From Blastocladiella emersonii ATCC 22665 (taxonomy: Eukaryota > Fungi > Blastocladiomycota): 64,000 nucleotides of DNA. The notes beneath the pieces are model-generated. The model made no database searches, was not told where the DNA came from, and worked only from the letters and a program-made list of their open reading frames with translations. Both the position numbers and the translations under genes were made by a program. The DNA is taken from assembly GCA_025594325.1 (NCBI GenBank), contig JANHCV010000002.1, positions 2,232,001-2,296,000 of the forward strand. Direction: 5' to 3'. Shown here piece by piece: positions 33,224-44,454 of the stretch. Position 1 is the stretch's first letter. Each line of letters starts with the position of its first letter.

Positions 33224-34897
33224 ATGTACAAGATCCCCGCGGTGCTCCACCTCGCGGACCTGGTGATCCAGGTCGCGTACCAGCTGGCGTCGCAGCAGCA
33301 GCCGCCGTGGCTCGACCCGACGTTCCCTTCCGCGTACTTGACGGCCGCGTTCGGCACGCACCCCGCCTTCGCGCTGATCGGCGGTCCCGCGGGGCTAGCC
33401 GCCACGTTCCCGGACATCCTCGCAGCGGTGGCGTACCCCGACGAGGTGCGGTACCAGCTGCTGCGCGTGCCGGGCCCGGTGCACGAGGAGCCGGCGTTCA
33501 AGCACCCGCGCGCGATCGCCGTCGACCTGTACCTGCACCTGCTCGAGCACGGCGAGCGCAAGTCGTTCCAGCTCGACCGCGATTTCGAGGACCACCCGAG
33601 TTACCGCGCGGGGAACAAGTACTGGGTACGCGTGTCGCGGCTCGACCGACGGGTGGGGGAGGAGCCCCGCTGACAGATGTAACGGGGCGTGTAGACGCCC
33701 GTGTCGCGGATCGCCTTCGACCACGTGTACTGCATCAACCCGATGGTGCGCACGGGCAAGAAGAACCCCAACTACCACGTGACCAAGAACCCCAAGCACG
33801 CGTACAAGTACGGCGCGCGCGTTACCATGCGCAACACGGCCATGTTTGATCCCGCTCCGACCGCGCCCGCAACGCCCGCAGTGCCCGCGGATGCACCCGT
33901 CGCCTCGGTTCCGGCCGCTGTGGTCGCACCCGAGATGGCGTCCCCGCCCGTCGATGCCGCACACGCTGTCGGGGACGCTCAGGAACCGGTTGCGCCGCCC
34001 GCGCCGGTCCCTGCACCGCCGCCTGCCCCAGCCGGCTCGACGGCGACCGCGGCCGCGTTCGCCGCGCCATACGCCCCGAAACCGATCTACAGCGGCACGC
34101 GCGGGCAGGGCAAGCTGCGTTGCCAGGTGCTCTCGTTCAGCGGCACCTCGCTCGCCGCCGACCTCGCGTCGGTCCTGGCCGCTGCGCAGCCCACCTTCAT
34201 CGCGGTCGGCGTGCAGGGCGACCTGTCAGCCGTGACGCTGTCGTTCAAGCCAACCACGGAGCTCAGCACGACGGTCCCCGTGGCGCTGCTTCTCGACACG
34301 CGCGCGTCGGCGACGCCCGCAGACCGCGCGGCGGCGCGCGCCGCCATCAAGTCGGTCCTCGAAGCAGCCGACGCGCCGTGAGAGATTGTCGTGCATGGCG
34401 GGCGCGACGTGGTGCGCTCGCTCGACGCGCACCTCGACATCCAGCTCGCCGGCGCGCCGCTCGTCGACACGCAGGTCCTGTTTCGGCAGTGGGTCGAGGC
34501 CACGCGCGACGCCGAGCACCTGGTCGCGCAACTGGACTCGCTCCCCGAACCGCTGCACGCCGCGTGTGCGGGCCTGCGGGCCAAGTTCGCCGCGGTCCGC
34601 GCGCCCGGTACGTCTCAGGCGGGCGCGACCAGCGTGAACACGGTCCTCGCGGCGTGCTGCCGGCCGGGGAACCCGGACGCGGCGGCGATCCGGACCGCGC
34701 TCGCCGCGGTGCCCGACGGGCAGTACGTCGATTACTGGGACCTCGCGTTGCCGGAAGAAGTGCTCGAGCGGCACGCCGTGTTCGCGGTCGACCAGCTGCC
34801 CACCGCGGCCGCGGTGATCGAGGAGAAGCTTGCGGGGATCGCGCGGTGGGTCGGACGCGCCAAGTCGCGGATCGCGGCGATCGTGGACGCCGAGTAG
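33224..34897 (+). pseudogene. Paralog 3: winged-helix + dead EXD only, no ATPase; intron 33626-33694; in-frame TGA at 34379-34381
   Basis: Spliced NKYW|TPVSRIAFDH aligns with YWVALTKVAYDH. DAP*EIVVHGG corresponds to DAPWELVVHGG in the paralogs. Ends IVDAE-TAG. Confidence 0.8.
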
Positions 34898-35150
34898 CGG
34901 ACAGTGGGGCGTGTGCGCCGCGCAGCTGCCCTCGAGGTCGGCGCAGGAGACGGCACGGGCCATCAGAGACTGTTCTTTTTGTGAGGAGCAATGTAGCGTG
35001 GAGCAATGTAGCGAGCTTTGCACGATATCGTCGGATCGCCCACGCTGGGCTTCGCAGTGGACAGGGGATTCGTAGCGATTACGCGACAGACGGCGACATC
35101 GTTCGTGTACAATCAAGTCAATTTCATGTGAACGTGCAATCCATCCTCAA

Positions 35151-36290
35151 TCAATCATCAATATCGAGCAAGTCCGCGAGCGGCGGGACGACGACCTCGT
35201 CAGGGTACACCCACGCTCCCTTATCGAGCTCCGCCACCGCCTCAGCCGTCGCGACATCGAGCCCGTGCGCGTCGAACGGCCGCTTGGCCTCGTTGTAGGC
35301 CCAGGTGCGCTCGTCCTCGGCGATATCGGGGCGGGTCGCGAACTCGGTGAGGTGGGCGAACCGGTCGCGCACCTGCTCGACGGCCAGCAGCAGGCGCACC
35401 AGGCAGTCGCGGTCGCGCCGCACGCTGCGCAGCATGTCGAGGATCGCGCGCCGCTCGCGCAGCTTGAGCGTTTTCTTGACGAGCAGGCCGCCCGTCACCG
35501 CCGTGGTCCCACCGACCAGCGCGCCCGCGACCAGCGGGCCCACGGCGACGCCCGCGCCCGTGGCCAGGGTCCCGCCGAGCAGCGACAGCGCGGCGGTCGC
35601 CCAGTCGCCGAGCGCAGCGCTCACCACGGCGCCGACACCGACGAGCGTCTCGGCGGCGGTCCCGCCGCCCGCGAGGACGGCCGCGAGCGCCGACGTCCCG
35701 GCCACACCCGCCGCCCCAGCCGCCCCGGCCGTCGCGGCGCCTGCGACCCCGAGCTCGACGGTCGCCTTGGTGCCGAGACTCCCGAGGTCGCGCAGGATCG
35801 CGTCGGGGTCGCGGTAGCTCGCCATGAGCGTGTCGCGGATGCCGCCGAGGAGGACGGCCTCGAGGTCGCCGTTGATGATGCCGATGCCGCGCAGCAGCGA
35901 GGCGCGGTCGACGAGGTCGCGGCGCGCCAGGGCGATGCGCGTGGCCAGCGCGTGCAGGTGCTGCGCGAGGACCGCGATGCGTTTGCGCATCAGCGTCCCG
36001 ACGCCCGGGGTGTGCAGGTCGATGGCGCGCGGCGTCGCGTCGACGAGTGGGGCGGCGATGGGCTTTTCGGCGACAGGAGGCGGTGGCGGAGTCGGTGGGG
36101 TCTCGGGCGCAGGTTCGGGTGCGGCGGCAGTCGGCGCCGGCTTGGTGGCGGTCGCCGCGGTCGAGGCGGACGACAGGACCAGCGGCTGCGGGACGAGGCT
36201 GCCGTCGCTCGCGATGAGGCGCGCGAAGCTCGACGCCGCCGACCCGACGAGGACGGGCGGCGCGCGGTTGGGTACAGCAGCGGTTAACAT
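35151..36290 (-). CDS. Hypothetical protein with a long Gly/Ala-zipper hydrophobic segment between amphipathic helices
   Basis: About 90-residue G/A/V/L stretch (LGVAGAATAGAAG...VTGGLLV) followed by KKTLKLRERR; 379-aa ORF. Confidence 0.7.
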   Translation of the reverse strand: MLTAAVPNRAPPVLVGSAASSFARLIASDGSLVPQPLVLSSASTAATATKPAPTAAAPEPAPETPPTPPPPPVAEKPIAAPLVDATPRAIDLHTPGVGTLMRKRIAVLAQHLHALATRIALARRDLVDRASLLRGIGIINGDLEAVLLGGIRDTLMASYRDPDAILRDLGSLGTKATVELGVAGAATAGAAGAAGVAGTSALAAVLAGGGTAAETLVGVGAVVSAALGDWATAALSLLGGTLATGAGVAVGPLVAGALVGGTTAVTGGLLVKKTLKLRERRAILDMLRSVRRDRDCLVRLLLAVEQVRDRFAHLTEFATRPDIAEDERTWAYNEAKRPFDAHGLDVATAEAVAELDKGAWVYPDEVVVPPLADLLDIDD

Positions 36291-36734
36291 TGCAGTGGAT
36301 GGGGCGCAGATATCGTTTCTGCAAGCGGGAGGAGGAGAGGATGAGGGCGACGGCGGCGAAGGACGAAACCCGCGCGCTGTGCGCAGCCGCTCCGCTTCGT
36401 CGCGTCGTCGGTCGAGGTCACGCGCCGCTCACCGCCGCGTGACCCGGCCCGTGTCTCGCGTCTCACGTCTCTCTCCCGACCTCCCCCACCCGGACGGGTC
36501 GGGCATCTCGTGGGAGACACCTCGCCGAGCGTCGGAACGAAGCGTCCAGCTTTCAATCTGTGCTCCACGTCGTGCGGTGAGGCGGTTTGGATCGGCCAGT
36601 CGGTCAGCTTCTCCCGCTGTGAACTGCCGCCCACGGGTATAAAGCGGGGGGTCGCCCACGCCGCCCGCCCGCTCTCTCTCCGTAAGCTTTGTCGCCCTCC
36701 AACACACAGCAACCACACCCTTCAATCTATCACC

Positions 36735-36956
36735 ATGTGCATGCCCGTCGAGTGCCCCCTCTGCCACAAGTACGCTCGCCTTCGTGCCGCACGCTCTCGG
36801 ACTCGCACTCACACGCCCCTCCCCCGTAGGACCACCTGGCGCGGCTGCGGCAAGCACGTCGACTCGGTCATGGCCGACGTGCCCAAGGACAAGCAGTGCA
36901 CCTGCCCGCGCGACCAGGTCGAGAGTAAGTTGAGCTCGGGCTGCTCCGTGCAGTAG
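36735..36956 (+). CDS. 53-aa Cys-rich protein (CxxC...C.H...C) with a C-terminal CaaX; intron 36770-36829
   Basis: Spliced product MCMPVECPLCHKTTWRGCGKHVDSVMADVPKDKQCTCPRDQVESKLSSGCSVQ; GTACGC..TAG intron of 60 nt. Confidence 0.85.
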   Translation: MCMPVECPLCHKYARLRAARSRTRTHTPLPRRTTWRGCGKHVDSVMADVPKDKQCTCPRDQVESKLSSGCSVQ

Positions 36957-38039
36957 TCTTCCCCCTCGGCGCGCGATGCGCCACCATGCCGCCACTGCCG
37001 CCGCCGCCGCGGCTCGCTCGCGTAGCTCCACGATGCATGCAACCGTGCGAGCTGCTGCTGCCGCTGCCGATGCTCTCCACCACCCGCTCCCCCGACTTCA
37101 CAATAGAGACCCGTTCTGACTCTCCGCTCCGCCGCACGCCCGCTCGTCTAGCCGCTATGAAGAAGTAGGTCCCGACTCGACCCGATCGATGATACCTGAG
37201 CCCCTCTTGTGAATATATGGACGTCCGCTGAACCTCTGCCTCGCTCGCGACTCGCGTGAGGCGTCGTCGCTCGTCGAAGTGCGCCGACTGTGCGCCGACT
37301 TGGCGATCCCGACGCGACCATCCGCCACCCAGCCGCTACGGCGATCCATGATACTCGAATGAACGCATGACCTGCCGCATCGCAACCGCTTCGGCCTAGG
37401 CGCGCTCGGGCACGAGTTGTGGGAGATCGTTGGCCTCGCGCCGTGCCTGTCGTGGCCGCATCGACGGCGCTCGCCTCGCTGCTTCACCGCGCTTGATCTC
37501 TGAGGGAGCTGGTACGGCGACACGCGCTCGCTTCGCGTTGCCGTCCATGATGTCTTGCGGGATCTGCGCGGATTGCTCGCGTGGCCGCTGCGACGCGCGC
37601 TGCGCGCCCGGTGAGCGCGCCGGGCGACCTGGCGCGGTCGCGGCGTCGGCGGCGCTTCTTGTGACTGTGTCGCTCGGATCGGCCGTGGACGTGCGCGCTG
37701 AGGCGGTCGGGTTGTCGCTGGTGCTTCGTCTGAGGTCCTGATCGTCCTGGTAAATACAGTCGCGCGCCCAGCAGCTCGCGCTCTCGTCATCGTCGGCGCT
37801 CGCGTGCCTGTCGAGCACAATCCTGGTCAGGACGACGCCCCTACACGACGGCAGGTCGCGATCACGACTGGCTGATCATGCTGGGCGAGAGGCCGTCGGC
37901 GGCACGCTGTACCTGCGAGGCAGGGCCAAGGGTCTGGCCAAGGGCAAGGATGACACTGTGTAACTAACCGGTTTGCGTTGTATCCCAGCCACGCGACTTT
38001 GCAATAAACCATCATCCTTCATCCTCCATCCTTCATCCT

Positions 38040-39851
38040 TCACGCAACCGCGACCAGCATGAGCGTCCGCGGATCGAACCCGAACACGGCCCACCACCCT
38101 ACTGCGCTGACCGTGGTCTCCTCATCACCCGCCGCCGCGACCGTCGGCGACGCGGCGCCGACCTCGACCCCGATCATCCCAATCTGCCACGCGCGCCACA
38201 CGGCGAACTCGGCGACGACCCACCGCGCGCTCTCGTCGAGCGGGAGCTTGGTCGCGGCGCGTGACGCGGCGATGGCAGCGTCCGCGGTAGCGGCGGTAGT
38301 CCCGCCCCCGTTGTTGGGCGGCGGTGTGCCGGAGCAAAAGTAGACGAGCGAGTGCAGCATCCCCGCGAGCGTGCGGGCGCGCGCCTTGACGAGCGAGTCC
38401 CACGTCGCGCGCATGTACGGCGCGACGAGCGGGTGGTCGGGCGCGCACGCGATGGCGAGCGTTGGTGGGAGGGCGGACACAGTCACGTCGTTAGCGTCAG
38501 CCGCAGCGGGGACCGGGGCGGTCTCCGGGACCAGGCGGTACGACTCCTTGCTTTCCCCCGATACGACCAGGCTGCCGCACGCGAGGAACCGCGCGAGCAC
38601 GGCGCGCGCCACGACCGACCGCGTCGGGACGTACGGGAACGCGGGCTTCAGCGCCGCGTCGAGGAACCGGAAGCACTCGGCGAGCGAGACCACGAGGCCT
38701 TTCGGCGATACGTTGGGCGACGGCGAGTCCGGATGTCGCGCGGGATGGTGGTGATGATGGTGGTGTCGATGTCGCGCGCCCGCGGGCTCGGCGGGATGCG
38801 CCCCTCGCTTCCGTCCGGCGACAGCGGGCCCGTGAGCCCGGTTCCGCGCGCGCGTCATGAGCGCGTCGAGCGTCGACGCAAGGAACGCCGCGTCCGCGAG
38901 GAGCGCGGGCGGGACGGGCATGGTGCCCGCGGGGATCCACGGGACCGCGGCGGTGTCGTCGTCGAGGCAGCAGTCAGCCGTCGGCTGCCGCGCCAGGTCC
39001 GCGCGCGGGGTCAGGATCGCGACGGTGCCCGCGTCGCGGTCGGGCTGCACGAGGTGGTCGGCCTCGAGCTCGAGGAACGCGGTGCGCAGGGCGGCGAGGC
39101 GGCGCACGGGCGACCAGTCCTCCGCGTCGGCGGGCGACGCGACGAGCGCCGTGAACAGGATCGAACGCGCGAACTTGTCGGCGCGCACGACGGGTGTGGT
39201 CGACTTATCTCCGCCGCGCTTCTTGCGGCGCACGTCGTCGACCTTGGCCACGGCCCACGCGACGAGGTGCCGGTCCGCGGGCCGCGCGGCAGCCGCGAGG
39301 TCGGCCGGGTCGGGCGTCCAGGCCACACGGAGCACGTCCCCATCGACCGTGATCCCGTCAGCCTCGCCCGCGGCGATGGCACGGTCGAGCTCTGCGCGCA
39401 GGACGGCGAGCTGGCGCTCGCGGTGCGCCTTGACGGGCGACCCGGCGAACACGTTGACGGCGAGCTGGAGCAGCATGGTGAGCTTGACGTCGGCCGCGAC
39501 GTGTGCGGGCCACGCGCCGGCCCACGCGTCGTCGGACGCGGCGAGGAGGGCGGCGACGGGCGCGTCGCGTAAGACCGCGTCGCACAGCGCGTACTCGCGC
39601 GCGAACCGGACGAGGCGCGCGGTACTGACAGTGAAACAGGTTTCGGGCAGATCGATCCCGGTATCCACGGAGGTGGGCGAGCGCTGCGGCGCGCGACCAT
39701 CCGGGGCCTGCTGCTTGCGCCGGCGCTTGGCTGAGGGGCCCGGGCCGGCAGCAGCAGCGCTCGGACTGCGGTCACGGCGGCGGGCGGGCGGCGCGCTATC
39801 TCGGTTGTGGTGGGGCGGTGAGGAGTCCATTGCAGTCAGTTGCATGCGCAA
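38040..39851 (-). CDS. Hypothetical protein, 603 aa, possibly nuclear with winged-helix-like segments
   Basis: Long ORF, basic NLS-like AKRRRK, His run; family not recognised. Confidence 0.6.
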   Translation of the reverse strand: MRMQLTAMDSSPPHHNRDSAPPARRRDRSPSAAAAGPGPSAKRRRKQQAPDGRAPQRSPTSVDTGIDLPETCFTVSTARLVRFAREYALCDAVLRDAPVAALLAASDDAWAGAWPAHVAADVKLTMLLQLAVNVFAGSPVKAHRERQLAVLRAELDRAIAAGEADGITVDGDVLRVAWTPDPADLAAAARPADRHLVAWAVAKVDDVRRKKRGGDKSTTPVVRADKFARSILFTALVASPADAEDWSPVRRLAALRTAFLELEADHLVQPDRDAGTVAILTPRADLARQPTADCCLDDDTAAVPWIPAGTMPVPPALLADAAFLASTLDALMTRARNRAHGPAVAGRKRGAHPAEPAGARHRHHHHHHHPARHPDSPSPNVSPKGLVVSLAECFRFLDAALKPAFPYVPTRSVVARAVLARFLACGSLVVSGESKESYRLVPETAPVPAAADANDVTVSALPPTLAIACAPDHPLVAPYMRATWDSLVKARARTLAGMLHSLVYFCSGTPPPNNGGGTTAATADAAIAASRAATKLPLDESARWVVAEFAVWRAWQIGMIGVEVGAASPTVAAAGDEETTVSAVGWWAVFGFDPRTLMLVAVA

Positions 39852-40143
39852 AGATGGGTGGGCGAGCAGCGGGGGCGGGGGAGAGGAGAGAAGCGTGCGC
39901 CAGGCTTACGCCACAGGGCGCCGCGGTGAGTCGCTGCACGTGAGCCCCCCGCGACGCGTCTCGCCTCGCGTTCCGCCGAAGGCACCCGATTGCACCGAAC
40001 AACGCGCTGGGGGGCGAGGCACCCGATGCATGGGCGATGCTGCGGCCGGCCCGGATCCCTTAAAATCCGAGCGCTCCCCTCGCGCCGGAATGCTTCTCCT
40101 CACGCTCTAGCACTCCCGCATACGCTCACCAACCTTCACCACC

Positions 40144-40958
40144 ATGCTCAACCGCTTCGGATCCGACTCGAACCACGGCCTCGTCAAGAACCTCGCCGGT
40201 GCTGATCCCTCGGCACCCATGTCCTCGCCTCGATCACGCACTCACACCTCCCTCCACCGGTAGCCGGCGGCGTGATCCAGGCCGACCGCATCGCCACGGC
40301 CATGACGTCCGTCGACCGCGCGCTGTTCGTGCCAGAGGCCAAGCAGACGCTCGCGTACAACGACTTGCCGCTCGGCATCGGCTACGCGGCGACCATCTCG
40401 GCCCCGCACGCGCACGCGCACGCGCTCCAGCTCCTCGAGCCGTTCCTGCACGAGGGCGCGCGCGTGCTCGACGTCGGGTCGGGCAGCGGGTACCTCGTCG
40501 CCGTCCTGTCCAAGCTCGTTGGCCCGACGGGCGCCGTCGTCGGCATCGAGCACATCCCCGAGCTCGTCGCCATGGGCCGCGCCAACCTCGAGGGCTGGAA
40601 CCCCGAGGCCGTGAGCGCGGGTAACCTCACGTGCGTCGAGGGCGACGGGCGGAAGGGGTACCCGGACCGCGCACCGTACCAGGCCATGTACATTTCGTAC
40701 AGCGCCGCTTCACTTTTGAACGCACAACTGACGATACGCACGCATAGCCACGTTGGTGCCGCCGCACCCGAGCTCCCCGCCGACCTCGTCGCGCAGCTCG
40801 CGAGCCCCGGCCGCATGATCATTCCCGTCGGTGCCCGCGACGAGCTGCAGTCGCTCATGCAGGTCGACAAGGATGAGCACGGCGAGGTCACTATCACCAC
40901 CATCCGCAACGTCAAGTTTGTCCCGCTCACGAGCACCGAGGACCAGCTCAACGCCTAA
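40144..40958 (+). CDS. PCMT1: Protein-L-isoaspartate O-methyltransferase; introns 40199-40263 and 40688-40747
   Basis: ATISAPHAH, VLDVGSGSGYL, VVGIEHIPELV, GDGRKGY...APY.AIHVGAAA, PGRMIIPVG, VKFVPLT. Confidence 0.95.
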
Positions 40959-41033
40959 ATGTTGGAGTGGGTGTGGGTGTGGAGGACACTAGCCAGTGCT
41001 CGTTCGCGGGTCGAGCGATTGCATACACTGTGA

Positions 41034-41744
41034 TTATCCCTCATGGAGTTCTTGGCGAAGCGAGAATTTACTTTGGCGACTCGCTGGATCATCATCGCGA
41101 TTGCAGCCTGATGAGTGAGAGGCTCGGTCGCGAGGTTCATGTCGGCGTGAGCCGCGTGATCGCAGAGCAGGTCGAACGGCGAGGCGAAGTGGGTCGGTCA
41201 CCGAGAGCGCTCGCGCGTCCGCAGTACTCTCAACCGTGACCATGGAGTTGAACGAAACTTGATGCATTGCAATTGGACGACATGATATGAAATACTGTGA
41301 GTGTGACGGCGATGTGCGACTGGTCCATGTTGAGCCCGCGCCGCGGGACTTGGACGCCACCGACGCAGGGCAGCAGGCAGGGAGCCCCGATACAGGTTTC
41401 TTGTCGCACTGGCTGAGACACCCGGTGCCGCAGTAGCTGGCCGACGTCCCGCACCACCCGTACTGCGAGCAGCACTGTCCGCCCGGGCACACCTTGAGCG
41501 CCGTACACTGCTGCAACGGCGACGCGAGCACGCAGCGGTAGGTCGGCGGCGTGACCGTTGGAGCGGGCGGTACGGTCGCGGTCGTGGTCGTGGTCGACGT
41601 GATCGTAGTCGTTGTAGTCGTTGTAGTCGTCGTAGTCGTCGTAGCCGGCAGCGGCCCCACGATACGGATGTTGCTGATCTTGAACCCGAAAAGTTTCGAG
41701 CACAAACAATGGCCGCGAGCGCGACCCGGCATCGAGTGGATCAC
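41034..41744 (-). pseudogene. Partial CBM18 (hevein) protein, paralog of the 50267-52086 gene, without a recognisable 5' end
   Basis: [11 protein letters not shown], poly-Thr linker, [38 protein letters not shown]. Confidence 0.7.
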
Positions 41745-43012
41745 GCGGGCCGCGTCAGCGCGCGCAACGTGCGTGACGTTCCCACGGCCCTTCCGTTCGC
41801 CGCCGACGCGTGGAGTTAATGCAAGTGGGGGACTTTCCCAAAGTGAGGGCGTCGCAACATAGGTCTCATCCGGCGGACGCGAGTCCGCATCGGAGTGCTG
41901 TCAGCTCATTTGCGTGTGAGACCGGGCTGATCCGGGGTTCGTCCGTGGTTTCCACACGTGTCGCCCACGCGAAGCTCAAGCCCTATCCTGTGGCGCCGCC
42001 GGGGCCATCCCGGCGCCACTCGGGTTGTCTTTCTCTGAGCTCATCATACCATCAAATACTCTCTGAAGCTGAGTCGAGACACTCCGCCTTCGGACGTGGA
42101 AAGTGACACGGCTGGAACTCATACGCGCACGTTACGACTCACGGACGCAGCGAGTGTGTTGCGCGTTCGTTTAGCTGTACCCAATGCTGTGGCCTGAGAG
42201 CTCAAGCGCTGTTGCGAAATGTCGTGGGATGACGTGAAGCTGACTCAGAGCGAGCGCAAGGCGAGAAAATAGCGGAGCTTTCGTCACGTGAAACGACCAA
42301 CGCGTCGCGCCTACCTCGCGTTTCTCGTTTCCGAAACCGAGCAACTCGGACCGAGCGCATTTATTTCCAACATGAGGGGGTTTCGACAATTGGGGTTCAT
42401 TTTTTCATCGCAGTTTATGTATAAACATACGAGTCACTATGGTGTCGTCAACGCAACAGATCCTTTAGGGAGAACAAAAAGCGCATGCGCTTGCTCATAG
42501 CTGCAGTTTTTGGTTTGACACCCGCGGGGCTTTACAGCGCGGCCCCACCCACGGCGACCTGCACAATCGGCTGGCTCACGGCGCCGCTGCGAGCCAGCAG
42601 TTCCCGCCGCGCACCTCGTCAACTGTCGAGTAGAACACGCCGCCGCCGCCGCCGCCGCCCACGCCCACGCCCCAGCGGTAAGGGCTTCTTTTGGGACACT
42701 CGTGGTCCGAGTTTCTCATTCGCATGTCGTTCGTTCAAATAAGGGCCCGTTTGGTTCCGGGGTGAATCAGGTGGATCAATCGATTTTACACGGTCCGGTG
42801 TTCACCCAGCTGAAACGTGGCATTTTCACCCCGTCGTGTTCATCGCGGCGTTTGGTTCAACCCCCGGGTGAGCTGAATGGAACCCTCGTCGCTGAATCGC
42901 CCGTCTGCTCGCCCCCGAAACCTTCAGGCTGTGCTCCCCGGCCTATGTAAACGCCGTTTTCCTCCAAAGTAACTCGCTCTCTCTCCCCCGTCCTCCCTCA
43001 AAGCCGAAAAGA

Positions 43013-44141
43013 ATGGCTCCCCTGTCAAGCAAAAAGCGCGCTGGCCGTACGGCCATGTCCATCGAGGAGATCGTCAAGAACGTGCCCGAAATCCCGCCGC
43101 CGCCCGCCGATAGCGACGAGGATGCAGATGACGACGCTGCTGGGAGCGACGGCAACGCTGCTGTCACGCCGACCAACCCGCTGCCGCCCGTGACCATCGC
43201 CAAGCCAAGCAAGCGCAAGGCCAGTGGCAGCAAGGCCAGCAGCGGCAAGGCCAGCGGCGGCAAGGCCACCTTCTGCTCCGCGTCGACCAACTTCCTCCTC
43301 GACCACTTCTGCAACCTCGCTGACGACGGCGTGCTCGGCGACAGCAACACGCTCAAGGCCCAGCACCGTGTGTCGATTGCCCAGGCCCTGTCGGACGAGT
43401 TCAACATGCAGTTTACGGCGGAGCAGGTCAAGAACCGCGTGACATACGTACGCTTTGTCTTGCGGACACGCGTCAACCGTAGCGCTAACAACGTCAGCGT
43501 TCGGCTCCAGCTTCGCACTTGTTTTCGCGCCGTAAAACGGCTTCTGTCGTACTCGGGCAACGGCTGCACCTGGAATGAGGGTGAGTGCACGGTCGACGTG
43601 CCAGAGGAGTTCTGGAACGATCTCTCGGTACGTTTGTTCAATATCGTTACGCGTCAACTCGCGGCGAGCTAACAGCGCCTGGCCTGCTTCAATTGTAGGC
43701 AGAGCTCAAGGAGGAGCTGACTGCGGGCTGCAAGCCCTTCCCGTACTACAAGAAGGCCAACATGCTGTGGGGCAGCTCGACCGCCACCGGCAAGTACTCG
43801 CACCTCGAGCAGGACGCAAGGAGTCTGGTGACGTGGAAGGTGTTGATGGTCAAGACGACGCGGCCCCCGCCAGCAAGCGCAGCCGCACTTCGGACAGCAG
43901 CTCGCGTCGCCTCTCGGACTCGGAATTCCTCATGGGCATCAAGGAGGTGTTCCAGAGCGTCTCAACCGCCGACTCCAAGCCCGTTCTGACCGCCGCACTT
44001 GAATGGGTCCAGGACGCGTACAATGACAATGAAGAGTACCAGATCGACGTCGCCACCCGCCTGACCGAGGATCAAACGCTTCGCGTCATGGCCGTGTCCG
44101 AATCGAAGCGCAAGCGCGTCCTCGAGTTTTTCATTCAGTAG
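43013..44141 (+). pseudogene. Harbinger Myb/SANT-like DNA-binding gene; introns 43448-43510 and 43628-43698; 1-bp deletion at about 43816
   Basis: FTAEQVKNRVTY|LRTCFRAVKRLLSYSGNGCTWNE...EFWNDL, KPFPYY...WGSSTATG. GACGCAAG here versus GACGGCAAG in copy 1. Confidence 0.82.
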
Positions 44142-44454
44142 CTCTCTCGCACATGTCCCCCTCCCCTCGCGTTGCTTCCTGGCCTTGTTCTCGCCCATTT
44201 GTGTCCAATACATCTGGCTTTGTGTCCATCGTATCTTCAATCGTTACCCTTCGCTCGAAAATGACGCGACTCGTTGAGAAACGCGTGGTTCTCAAAGTGT
44301 CTCGCACGTCACGTGATTGATCGACGCGTCCCCACCGATGCGTTCTGACCTCAGCGACGCGTCAAATCATCTAGAATCGCTTATATAACATTATAGTACT
44401 TGACAAATCAGTATATTACAGCATGCATGCGGGTACAACAATTATTTCGCGCCT

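Noticed and set aside
37396-37818. 140-aa minus-strand ORF
   Set aside because: No ATG, low complexity and no convincing exon link to the 38040-39851 gene.
42485-42742. Short signal-peptide-like ORF next to Harbinger copy 2
   Set aside because: Low-complexity and Arg-rich, with no continuation past the element.
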